In this document: one piece after another, positions 39,697-48,373 of the stretch
Numbering within the stretch: position 1 is the first letter of the stretch
Layout of the letters: each line of letters begins with the position of its first letter
Source of the DNA: an uncultured virus (IMG/VR IMGVR_UViG_3300034073_003631)
Lineage: Duplodnaviria > Heunggongvirae > Uroviricota > Caudoviricetes
Direction: 5' to 3' (one strand)
DNA: 64,000 nucleotides
Virus record (IMG/VR): IMGVR_UViG_3300034073_003631
Location: 1-64,000 of that record
The notes under the pieces: model-generated
The model's database searches: none
Told to the model about the DNA's origin: nothing
Seen by the model: only the letters and a program-made list of their open reading frames with translations
Program-made: the position numbers and the translations under genes

Positions 39697-39993
39697 TTAA
39701 TGCTGGTTAGATTTTAATGTTTTATTTTCTTCTTCTAAAAACTGTACTTTAACAGTTAAAGCTGAAACTTGCTCAACTAATTTAAGGATTGTATCTCTCA
39801 TTTGATCCTTTTCTTCTGAACTTTTTAATAATAGAACTTCTAATTTTGCAATTCTATCTCTACAATCTTCACGGATAAAATTATCCTCATTCCTTTTACG
39901 TTCTTCTCTTTTTTCATAAAACCTCCAAGCACTTGCTGAACCTAAAACTGTTATTGCTGTAATTAAAACAGTTGCTATTGTATTTTCATCCAT
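39697..39993 (-). CDS. Membrane-anchored coiled-coil protein
   Basis: N-terminal TM segment followed by heptad repeats; TATTTATA upstream. Confidence 0.7.
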   Translation of the reverse strand: MDENTIATVLITAITVLGSASAWRFYEKREERKRNEDNFIREDCRDRIAKLEVLLLKSSEEKDQMRDTILKLVEQVSALTVKVQFLEEENKTLKSNQH

Positions 39994-40087
39994 TTATTTT
40001 TCTTTTATTATAAATATGCTAAATAGTGTAAATAGGAAAAGTTTGGGACACAAAATCCCAAACTTTTCAATAAAAAGCATTTACATC

Positions 40088-40753
40088 TTAAATAAAGATA
40101 ATTTCCTTTGATTCTATATTATATTCTATATTAATTGGATTGTTTGCTAACTTATAATTCTCCCCCAAGACAGCAGCATTGAAATACTGAACACCATCGG
40201 CATATTTCTCACCATAACCAGAATGGATATGACCAAAGCAATGTATTTTTGGTTTAACGACCTCAACACGTTTTGTTAATTCCTCACAACCAACATTGGC
40301 CCCAATAGGCAACACATCTAGTATGTATTTTGGTGGACCATGTGTAATAAGGACATCCAGATTATTAGGTATTTTATCCCAGTAGTATTTTAAGTCCTTG
40401 CTTGTGTGCAAATTAAAAGCCCAGTTAAAAAATGCTGGTTGCCAAGGGGATCCATATACATTCAAACCATCTATATTCACAAAATGGTCAAATAAATAAA
40501 CAACACCTTTGTCTTTATATTTTTGTTCAATATCAAAGGCTTTCTCAAACCAGAAATCATGATTACCAGCAATGAATATTTTGTGAGTGTAATTCAAATC
40601 TTGAAACCAATCTAAAAAATCAGTTATTTCATGCTCATAACCCCGACCTGAAATATCTCCACTATGAATAATAACATCGCCACCAGGCAATAAGTTATTA
40701 TCCGTTAATTCTTTGTGTTTGTTATGTGTGTCTGAAATAAATGTTATTTTCAT
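40088..40753 (-). CDS. Metallophosphoesterase
   Basis: ISDTH, HSGD, AGNHD, THGPP and FGHIH motifs. Confidence 0.92.
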   Translation of the reverse strand: MKITFISDTHNKHKELTDNNLLPGGDVIIHSGDISGRGYEHEITDFLDWFQDLNYTHKIFIAGNHDFWFEKAFDIEQKYKDKGVVYLFDHFVNIDGLNVYGSPWQPAFFNWAFNLHTSKDLKYYWDKIPNNLDVLITHGPPKYILDVLPIGANVGCEELTKRVEVVKPKIHCFGHIHSGYGEKYADGVQYFNAAVLGENYKLANNPINIEYNIESKEIIFI

Positions 40754-40764
40754 TGTTTTTGTTT

Positions 40765-41115
40765 TTATGTCCACCAGGCTTTTACGCCATATTTTGCAAT
40801 TTCTTTGTTCCCTTTAAATATCTCACATAATTCATTCCATTCTTTTTCTTCTAAAGCCACTGCTTCTTTAACATCATTAGGGGTTTTTAAGTTTAAAAAA
40901 TAATCATCATTTAGCTGATTTTCTAATAATTGAATAAATCTTTTTAATTCTTGGATATTTTCTGAAGATGCCTCATTCTCAATATAAGACTTTAACATAA
41001 GTTCAGTTGATGCTTTCATATTTGCCAACATAAAAGTATAATCCCAGTGTGCATAATTCCAAAATATGGGAATAAATTTAAAAAGTTTAATAAAAAATTC
41101 AAAAAGTTTGTTCAT
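40765..41115 (-). CDS. Hypothetical protein
   Basis: 116-aa ORF with TAnnTTTG upstream. Confidence 0.7.
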   Translation of the reverse strand: MNKLFEFFIKLFKFIPIFWNYAHWDYTFMLANMKASTELMLKSYIENEASSENIQELKRFIQLLENQLNDDYFLNLKTPNDVKEAVALEEKEWNELCEIFKGNKEIAKYGVKAWWT

Positions 41116-41284
41116 AGTGTTAATTGATTAGTTAGTTGATAGTACAAATATAGTCAAAAAAATAGACCCAACAAGTTTTTTGTTAGGTCTCTTTGAAAGA
41201 AATCGGATATATAAAAAATTCCAAAGAAGAGGAATGATTTTTAAAAATAATCAATAAATATCATTACTTAAATAAAAATCCAAA

Positions 41285-43090
41285 CTATCTATCTTTTTTT
41301 ATGAATATTTTTTTATAAAACTCTCCATTTCTTGTTAAGAAATACAACCCAGTTTCAAATATACTTTCCCCCTCATTTAAATTAAATGGTCCAATTCCTT
41401 CTAAGACCTTTTGACCCAGAAAATTAAATAAAGCCCATCTATCAGATGGTAATATGCTAACATAAACATTGTTATCCCTATTAGTATTATGGATAACTCT
41501 ATCAGTATATTTTTTATCTTCAATATTTGGACAAATTGTTATTGTGTCATTGATAATATAAACATTATTTACTTGAAATAAAGTATCAAAACCATTTAAT
41601 ATTCTAAAATTAATCTTATTAAGATAAGGTGATTTTGCATTATGCTTCAATGTTAGAGTAAAACAAGAATCTGTTTTTAAACATATAATTGTATCAGTTG
41701 ATAACTTTTTTACATTCTTATTATATTCAACAACTGTAACACCATCTTGTTTTATACTATAATAAAAATCTTCAAAGAACTTATTCTTATCAATTTCTAT
41801 TTTTATTTTTGAATATGTTGAATCATTTGCATTACAATCTCTAGGTGCATCAACAAGTGGCAAACAAATGGCTTCTGAAATGTTTCTTCTTATTTTATTC
41901 CCAGGTTGTTCCCCAAACCCCCACTTATAGTTTATACCCACCTTTGGATTCAAATGACAATATGACATAATAGTTCCCTTTGTATCAGGAGTAACTTCTA
42001 ACTCTGGACATTTTACTGGTCCAGACTGTTCAACAAACCAACAACCATCTAAAGCAGTTCCATTACCATTCCACCAACAAGCATGAGTGTGGGGTGAACC
42101 AAGTAAATGACCAATTTCATGGGTCATTACTGTTGTATTCCAAGAATAGTTTGGAAATACACCTGTTTCCATATCCAAGCCAGAATAACTTGTTCTCCAT
42201 TTTGCAATATCACAAAGAGAATGAAGAAAAGCAACACCTAATCCACTTCTTAAAGAAACTAATTGTCCAAATGTTTCAGGTAATTGATCCTCAGATTTAA
42301 ATTGGTTGGCAAAGGAATATAACATATTAACTCCATCATAATTATAACCACTTGGCCTATCCCATAATTTAAACCTTGCAATTTTAATGTTAACCCCCTC
42401 TTTTAAATAAATTAAATGAGTTTGTGCAAATATGTTTTCAATAAATTTAATAACTTCTTTTCCTGACCCAAGTTTTTCAATCATATCATAATCTGCCTCA
42501 AAATACATTGTTATGACTTTGATTTTATTTGATTTTTCTTGTACATACTCAAACATTGGGGTTTCCTTAAAAAACTCTTCCTCATTTGGTAAAACACATT
42601 TAAATTCTTTTGTTTGTTTCACATCTAATTCATGCCAAACACCATGAAACCCCTTCTCTACTGGACCAAAAATCCAACCTTCACCATCACCCATAATATA
42701 GGTCTGAAAGCTATTATCATTGATTACAATAGATGCAAATCCGCTATCATTACCTTGAACCTTTCCAGAATAAATAAGCGATTGTGGTTCATATATAGTA
42801 TTACATTCAGAATATATTTTGGGGTTATCCACATATATTTCCATTTTGGTTAAGTTAAGGATTTTAACACCCTCTGGTGTTGGCAATTGTATTGTTAGAG
42901 AATCCAAATCATTATTTATGATTTCCCTAATAATATTTTTGTTCAATATGAGGGGGGTTGCATAATTGTGTGATGTTGTTCTCAACTCCTTTGAATTTGT
43001 TTCAAAGAAAATGGATATAGGTTTATTATTCTGTGAGAATAATGAGAATGTTAATATTGAATAAATCAATATTAATTTTAATTTTTTCAT
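41285..43090 (-). CDS. Secreted M12/reprolysin-like zinc metalloprotease with T9SS CTD-like tail
   Basis: Signal peptide ending FSQ; HEIGHLLGSPH and Met-turn TIMSY; C-terminal FNFLGQKV...GLYFL...KKIFIKK. Confidence 0.85.
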   Translation of the reverse strand: MKKLKLILIYSILTFSLFSQNNKPISIFFETNSKELRTTSHNYATPLILNKNIIREIINNDLDSLTIQLPTPEGVKILNLTKMEIYVDNPKIYSECNTIYEPQSLIYSGKVQGNDSGFASIVINDNSFQTYIMGDGEGWIFGPVEKGFHGVWHELDVKQTKEFKCVLPNEEEFFKETPMFEYVQEKSNKIKVITMYFEADYDMIEKLGSGKEVIKFIENIFAQTHLIYLKEGVNIKIARFKLWDRPSGYNYDGVNMLYSFANQFKSEDQLPETFGQLVSLRSGLGVAFLHSLCDIAKWRTSYSGLDMETGVFPNYSWNTTVMTHEIGHLLGSPHTHACWWNGNGTALDGCWFVEQSGPVKCPELEVTPDTKGTIMSYCHLNPKVGINYKWGFGEQPGNKIRRNISEAICLPLVDAPRDCNANDSTYSKIKIEIDKNKFFEDFYYSIKQDGVTVVEYNKNVKKLSTDTIICLKTDSCFTLTLKHNAKSPYLNKINFRILNGFDTLFQVNNVYIINDTITICPNIEDKKYTDRVIHNTNRDNNVYVSILPSDRWALFNFLGQKVLEGIGPFNLNEGESIFETGLYFLTRNGEFYKKIFIKKDR

Positions 43091-43094
43091 TTTT

Positions 43095-43721
43095 TTAATT
43101 TAGTTTTTTATAAAATTTATTGAAATAGGAAATCCTTGAATCTAACCCGTGTGTTCCACCATTTACTCTTTTTGTAATTCTTGTAATAATATCTCTTGTT
43201 GCACCAAGATCTGCAATCTCATTCAATTTGTTTTTATCAAAAAACCAACCAGCAGATGCCAATGGATATGTTGTTGCAACTAAATCTGGATTGCCAATTA
43301 TATCAACATCCATACCTGCCTCATTTAATGATTTATTAAATAATAAGTAATTATTTTTACCAGTCAATTGTATGTAACCCCTACCTCTGTATTTATACCC
43401 TTCAATGCTATCTTCATCACCATTTCCCATTCTATTTGCATAAACAAGACTTGCAATCTTGGATGGTTTCCTTTCATATAACAATGCTTTTGCGTGTGTG
43501 GTAAAATACTTGCCAAAAACCTCTTGTAATCTTTTTGCTGAATAGTTTAAATTCTCTTGTACAGCAGTAAAATTTCCTGATTCATGAGCGCATTGTGCTA
43601 AGAAATGTGCTAACCTTAATTGTGTGTTTATATCATATTTTTCATAGATTAAATCAATCTGATTGATGATTGATTCTGGAATAATTCCAATTAATTTTTG
43701 CTTGGCACTTGACTGATCCAT
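43095..43721 (-). CDS. GH19 endolysin/chitinase-like protein
   Basis: HFLAQCAHESG, ENLNYS, YRGRGYIQLTGKNNY and VNGG. Confidence 0.92.
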   Translation of the reverse strand: MDQSSAKQKLIGIIPESIINQIDLIYEKYDINTQLRLAHFLAQCAHESGNFTAVQENLNYSAKRLQEVFGKYFTTHAKALLYERKPSKIASLVYANRMGNGDEDSIEGYKYRGRGYIQLTGKNNYLLFNKSLNEAGMDVDIIGNPDLVATTYPLASAGWFFDKNKLNEIADLGATRDIITRITKRVNGGTHGLDSRISYFNKFYKKLN

Positions 43722-43797
43722 AATATTTTTATATTTTTGTTATATATTAGTTATTATTGTATAAATACTGTATTTATTGTTATAAATTATAACAAAT

Positions 43798-44418
43798 ATG
43801 GATAATATTACAAAATTAATTAAAGAGAATTTAGAAAAATTCACTAATAGAACATTGGTATTAAAGAAAAATGTAAATATATCAGAAGAACTTGAATACC
43901 ATATTAATGAAAACTTAACATTAACTAATAATGTTTTTATGGTTTATTCCAAAAAATACTTTGACTTGATTAATGAGGTTAGAGATTTATGGATGAGAGA
44001 TTTAATCCAACTAAATGAAGAAGATGAACAAATGGTAATGTCAGATACTGGCAAAGTTGCATTATTTGAAGGTGAAATGGTTTATCTTGATGCACCTGTA
44101 CTTGAAAGTGATGATTTTGATTTCTTAAATGAGGCTGAACATAGGGGTAAAAAAGTTAATATAGGAAAACCATTTAGAACTCCTGGTGGACCAAAGAAAT
44201 TTGCAGTTTATGTTAAAACACCAGGTGGGGGCGTTAAAAAGGTTACATTTGGTGATCCAAATTTAAAGGTGAGAAATAAAAACAAAGGTGCAGCCAAATC
44301 ATTTAGAGCAAGACATAAGTGTGACCAAAAGAAAGATAGAACCACAGCAGGATACTGGTCATGTAATGTGGGCAGATATTCAAAACAACTTGGATTAAAA
44401 TCTTCAAATAGTTGGTAA
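43798..44418 (+). CDS. Hypothetical protein with basic C-terminal domain
   Basis: KKFAVYV...VTFGDP...SFRARHKC...AGYWSC. Confidence 0.75.
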   Translation: MDNITKLIKENLEKFTNRTLVLKKNVNISEELEYHINENLTLTNNVFMVYSKKYFDLINEVRDLWMRDLIQLNEEDEQMVMSDTGKVALFEGEMVYLDAPVLESDDFDFLNEAEHRGKKVNIGKPFRTPGGPKKFAVYVKTPGGGVKKVTFGDPNLKVRNKNKGAAKSFRARHKCDQKKDRTTAGYWSCNVGRYSKQLGLKSSNSW

Positions 44419-45008
44419 TGGAAAAAGAAGCATTAAAAAGAATATTTGATTTTCTTGAAGAAAAAGGAGAACATAGGGGTCCATTATTTTGGAAGCATAA
44501 AAATAATATACCATTAACAGATGAAGAATTAAATATTGAAGGTAATTTGGATTTAAGTGATACAAATATAACCTCTTTACCAAAAGGATTGAAAGTTGGT
44601 GGTGATTTGGATTTATCATTTTTAAACATAACCTCATTACCAGATGGATTGAAAGTTGGTGGTTATTTAAATTTATCATATTCAAACATAACTTCATTAC
44701 CAGATGAATTGAAAGTTGATGGTAATTTAGGGTTAGCTTTTTCGCCAATACAAACATTACCAAAAGGATTGAAAGTTGGTGGAACTTTGAATTTGAATAA
44801 TTGTGATGATATAACCTCATTACCAGAAGGATTAAAAGTTGGGAAATGGTTCAGTTTATCCGGTTCTAAAATAACTTCCTTACCAAAAGGATTGGAAGTT
44901 GGTGATGATTTATTTATAAGTTGGACAACTTTAACCAAATACACAGATGATGAATTAAAAAAAATGATTAAACCTGGATTTATAAAAGGTGAGATAGTAA
45001 GAAAATAA
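44418..45008 (+). CDS. Capped LRR-like repeat protein 1 (6 repeats)
   Basis: N-cap MEKEALKRIFDFLEE; 20-aa LPxGLxVGGxLxL repeats; C-cap KYTDDELKKMIKPGFIKG. Confidence 0.9.
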   Translation: MEKEALKRIFDFLEEKGEHRGPLFWKHKNNIPLTDEELNIEGNLDLSDTNITSLPKGLKVGGDLDLSFLNITSLPDGLKVGGYLNLSYSNITSLPDELKVDGNLGLAFSPIQTLPKGLKVGGTLNLNNCDDITSLPEGLKVGKWFSLSGSKITSLPKGLEVGDDLFISWTTLTKYTDDELKKMIKPGFIKGEIVRK

Positions 45009-45532
45009 TGAAAAAAGAAACCCTAAAAAGAATATTTGATTTTCTTGAAGAAAAGGAAGGGAAATCATCTATTAAATGGAAATTAATTAATGATATACCA
45101 TTAACAGAAGAAGACTTAAATTTTGAAGGTGATTTATTTTTAAGAAATTCAAAAATAACCTCATTACCAGAAGGTTTGAAAGTTGGGGGGACATTAAATT
45201 TATTCAAATCAAAAATAAAATCATTGCCAGAAGGATTGAAAGTTGGTGATGATTTGGATTTAAGTGAATCTGATATAGAGTTTTTACCAAAAGGATTGGA
45301 AGTTGGGGGTGATTTGTATTTACTTGATACACCCATAACTTTTTTACCAGAAGGTTTGAAAGTTGGTGGTTATTTGGATATAAGAGATACAAAAATAACT
45401 TCCTTGCCAAAAGGATTGGAAGTTGGGGGTAATTTGTATATCTATAGAACACCATTAAAAAAATACACAGATGAACAAATAAGAGAAATGATAAAATCTG
45501 GATTTATAAAAGGAAGAATATTTAGGCAATGA
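45008..45532 (+). CDS. Capped LRR-like repeat protein 2 (5 repeats)
   Basis: Same architecture; TAATG coupling. Confidence 0.9.
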   Translation: MKKETLKRIFDFLEEKEGKSSIKWKLINDIPLTEEDLNFEGDLFLRNSKITSLPEGLKVGGTLNLFKSKIKSLPEGLKVGDDLDLSESDIEFLPKGLEVGGDLYLLDTPITFLPEGLKVGGYLDIRDTKITSLPKGLEVGGNLYIYRTPLKKYTDEQIREMIKSGFIKGRIFRQ

Positions 45533-46356
45533 ACAAAGAAATAGTAAAAAGAGTATTTGATTTTATTGAAAAAGAGGAAGGGCATAAAGTACCATTTTTA
45601 TGGAAATTATTTAATAATATACCATTAACAAAAGAAGATTTAATTGTTAAAGGGGATTTGAATTTAGAAGATTCAGAAATAACCTCATTACCAGAAGGCT
45701 TAACAATTGAAGGTGATTTCTTTTTTTATCATACACCTGTTGAACTACCAAAAGGGTTGAAAGTTGGTGGTAATTTATCTTTAATTGGTCCAAATGTAAC
45801 CTCATTGCCAAAAGGATTGGAAGTTGGTGGTAGTTTGTTTGTATCAGATACAGAAATAACCTCACTACCAGAAGGATTGAAAGTTGGGGGTGATTTAGAT
45901 TTAGCAGATACACAAATAACCTCATTACCAGAAGGATTTAAAGTTGGGGGTAATTTAAACTTATCACATTCAGAAATAACACGATTACCAAATGATTTGG
46001 AAGTCAATGGCAATTTGACTTTAAGTTTTTCAAATATAACCACATTACCAAAAGGATTAAAAGTTGGAGGTGATATTAAGTTGTTGGGTTCAAAAATAAG
46101 ATCCTTACCAGAAGGATTGAAAGTTGTGGGTCGGTTGGATTTAAGAGATACCACTATAGGTTCATTACCAAAAGGCTTGGAAGTTGGTGAGAAATTAGCT
46201 TTAAATGATTGCAAAAAATTAACTTCATTACCAAAAGGATTGAAAGTTGGGGGTGATTTAATTATAATTCGGACAAATTTAACCAAATACACAGATGATG
46301 AATTAAAAAAAATGATTGGTTCGGGTTTTATAAATGGTGAGATAATAAGAATATAA
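45529..46356 (+). CDS. Capped LRR-like repeat protein 3 (10 repeats)
   Basis: Same architecture; 4-nt overlap with the upstream ORF per the ORF track. Confidence 0.9.
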   Translation: MNKEIVKRVFDFIEKEEGHKVPFLWKLFNNIPLTKEDLIVKGDLNLEDSEITSLPEGLTIEGDFFFYHTPVELPKGLKVGGNLSLIGPNVTSLPKGLEVGGSLFVSDTEITSLPEGLKVGGDLDLADTQITSLPEGFKVGGNLNLSHSEITRLPNDLEVNGNLTLSFSNITTLPKGLKVGGDIKLLGSKIRSLPEGLKVVGRLDLRDTTIGSLPKGLEVGEKLALNDCKKLTSLPKGLKVGGDLIIIRTNLTKYTDDELKKMIGSGFINGEIIRI

Positions 46357-46760
46357 TGGAAAAAGAAACATTAAAAAGAATATTTGAATTCCTTGAAGCA
46401 AAAGGAGAACAGAGAATACCATTCTTGTGGAAATGGAAAAATGAAATACCATTAACAGAAGAAGACTTAAATGTTCAAGGTGATTTGGATTTAAGTAATT
46501 CAAACATAACCTTATTGCCAGAAGGTTTGAAAGTTAGTGGTACTTTTGATTTAGGATATTCAAATATAACATCATTATCAGAAGGATTGAAAGTTGGTGA
46601 TGATTTGTATTTAAGTAATTCAAACCTATCCTCATTACCAAAAGGATTGGAAGTTGGGGGTTTTATATTTATATATAATACACCATTAACAGAATACACA
46701 AATAATGAATTAAGAGAAATGATTAAGCCTGGATTTATAAAAGGAAGAATAATTAGATAA
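46356..46760 (+). CDS. Capped LRR-like repeat protein 4 (3 repeats)
   Basis: Same architecture; TAATG coupling. Confidence 0.9.
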   Translation: MEKETLKRIFEFLEAKGEQRIPFLWKWKNEIPLTEEDLNVQGDLDLSNSNITLLPEGLKVSGTFDLGYSNITSLSEGLKVGDDLYLSNSNLSSLPKGLEVGGFIFIYNTPLTEYTNNELREMIKPGFIKGRIIR

Positions 46761-47233
46761 TGAATATAGAACAACTAAAAAGAATATTTAATTTCCTTGA
46801 AGAAAAAGGAGAACAGAGAATACCATTCTTGTGGAAATGGAAAAATGAAATACCATTAACTGAAGAAGACTTAAATGTTCAAGGGGACTTGGATTTTTCA
46901 CAATCAGAAATAGAATCTTTACCAGAAGGATTAAAAATTAGTGGTGATTTGGATTTATCCTACACATATATAAGGTCATTACCAAAAGGATTGAAAGTTG
47001 GTGGTCATTTGGATTTAACTGAAACAGATATAGAGTTTTTACCCAAAGGATTGGAAGTTGGGGGTGATTTAATATTAGATGGTTGTGCCAATATAAAAAC
47101 CTTACCCAAAGGCTTGAAAGTTGGGGGTAATTTGGAATTAACAGGTATAACATTAGGTGAAGATTATGATGATGATGAACTAAGAAAAATGATTAAACCT
47201 GGATTTATAAAAGGAAGAATTAATGCAGAATGA
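46760..47233 (+). CDS. Capped LRR-like repeat protein 5 (4 repeats)
   Basis: Same architecture; TAATG coupling. Confidence 0.9.
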   Translation: MNIEQLKRIFNFLEEKGEQRIPFLWKWKNEIPLTEEDLNVQGDLDFSQSEIESLPEGLKISGDLDLSYTYIRSLPKGLKVGGHLDLTETDIEFLPKGLEVGGDLILDGCANIKTLPKGLKVGGNLELTGITLGEDYDDDELRKMIKPGFIKGRINAE

Positions 47234-47697
47234 AAAAAGAAGTACTAAAAAGGATATTTGAGTTCCTTGAAGAGAAGGAAGGACATAATTTACCATTCTT
47301 ATGGAAGTTGATGTCTAATGAACCATTAACAGAAGAAGAATTAAATGTTAAAGGTCATTTGACTTTAAGTAATAAAGGAATAGAAACATTACCAAAAGGA
47401 TTGAAAGTTAGAGGTGATTTGGATTTGCAAGATTCCTCTATAAAATCATTACCAGAAGGATTGAAAGTTAGGGGTAATTTGATTTTAATTGATACACCCA
47501 TAACTTTTTTACCAAAAGGGTTAGAAGTTGGCGGTTATTTGGATATAAGATATACAAAAATAACCTCCTTACCAAAAGGATTGGAAGTTGGTGCTACTTT
47601 ATATATTAAAAATACAGCATTATTAGAATACACAGATGAAGAATTAAAAGAAATGGTTAAACCTGGAATTTTAGCAAGAAGAATATATAGAGAATGA
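47230..47697 (+). CDS. Capped LRR-like repeat protein 6 (4 repeats)
   Basis: Same architecture; ATGA coupling. Confidence 0.9.
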   Translation: MKKEVLKRIFEFLEEKEGHNLPFLWKLMSNEPLTEEELNVKGHLTLSNKGIETLPKGLKVRGDLDLQDSSIKSLPEGLKVRGNLILIDTPITFLPKGLEVGGYLDIRYTKITSLPKGLEVGATLYIKNTALLEYTDEELKEMVKPGILARRIYRE

Positions 47698-48098
47698 AAA
47701 AAGAAGTACTAAAAAGGATATTTGAGTTCCTTGAAGAGAAGGAAAATAAAAATCCACCATTTATATGGAAATATGAAAATAATCTACCATTAACAAAAGA
47801 AGAATTAAATGTTGAAGGTGATTTGAGTTTGGTTCAATCAAATATAGAATCATTACCAGAAGGATTGAAAGTTGGGCGTGATTTGGATATTTTTGGTTCA
47901 AAAATAACCTCATTACCAAAAGGATTAGAAGTTGGGCGTTTTTTGGATATAAGAGATACAAAAATAACCTCCTTGCCAAAAGGACTAGAACTTGGTAGTA
48001 GTTTGTATATTAGACATACAGCATTAGTAAAATATTCAGATGAAGAATTACAAGATATGGTTAAACCTGGATTTATAAATGGAATAATACATAGATAA
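47694..48098 (+). CDS. Capped LRR-like repeat protein 7 (3 repeats)
   Basis: Same architecture; ATGA coupling. Confidence 0.9.
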   Translation: MKKEVLKRIFEFLEEKENKNPPFIWKYENNLPLTKEELNVEGDLSLVQSNIESLPEGLKVGRDLDIFGSKITSLPKGLEVGRFLDIRDTKITSLPKGLELGSSLYIRHTALVKYSDEELQDMVKPGFINGIIHR

Positions 48099-48373
48099 TG
48101 GAAAAAGAAACATTACCATTCAAACAAGAAAATAAAGAAGGGAAATTGATTAGAGAGTTTAGTCAATTTGTTGATATTGAAGAATTACATTGGCATAGAG
48201 ATAGAACAAATAGAGAGGTTAAGATAATCCAGGGTGGAGGATGGAAATACCAAAGCTGGGATGCTTTACCTATTAAACTAAAAAATAATGACACTATATC
48301 CATACCAAAAGGGTTATGGCATAGAGTTATTAAGGGTGACGAACCCCTAATTGTAGAAATAACTGAATTATGA
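48098..48373 (+). CDS. Cupin-like protein
   Basis: ELHWHRD...E and IPKGLWHRV cupin motifs. Confidence 0.75.
   Translation: MEKETLPFKQENKEGKLIREFSQFVDIEELHWHRDRTNREVKIIQGGGWKYQSWDALPIKLKNNDTISIPKGLWHRVIKGDEPLIVEITEL

Noticed and set aside
44303..47979. Minus-strand repetitive ORFs (PPTFNPFGNEV... and NHHQLSIL...)
   Set aside because: They are antisense shadows of the LRR repeats, with no independent start context.
44540..48000. 60-nt periodic conserved/variable pattern resembling a CRISPR array
   Set aside because: The units are in-frame coding repeats with synonymous variation inside capped ORFs, the repeats are not identical, and no cas genes are seen.
44418..48098. Diversity-generating retroelement as the source of LRR variation
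   Set aside because: No reverse transcriptase or non-coding template repeat is seen in the window, and I could not show adenine-specific variation. An element elsewhere in the genome is not excluded.
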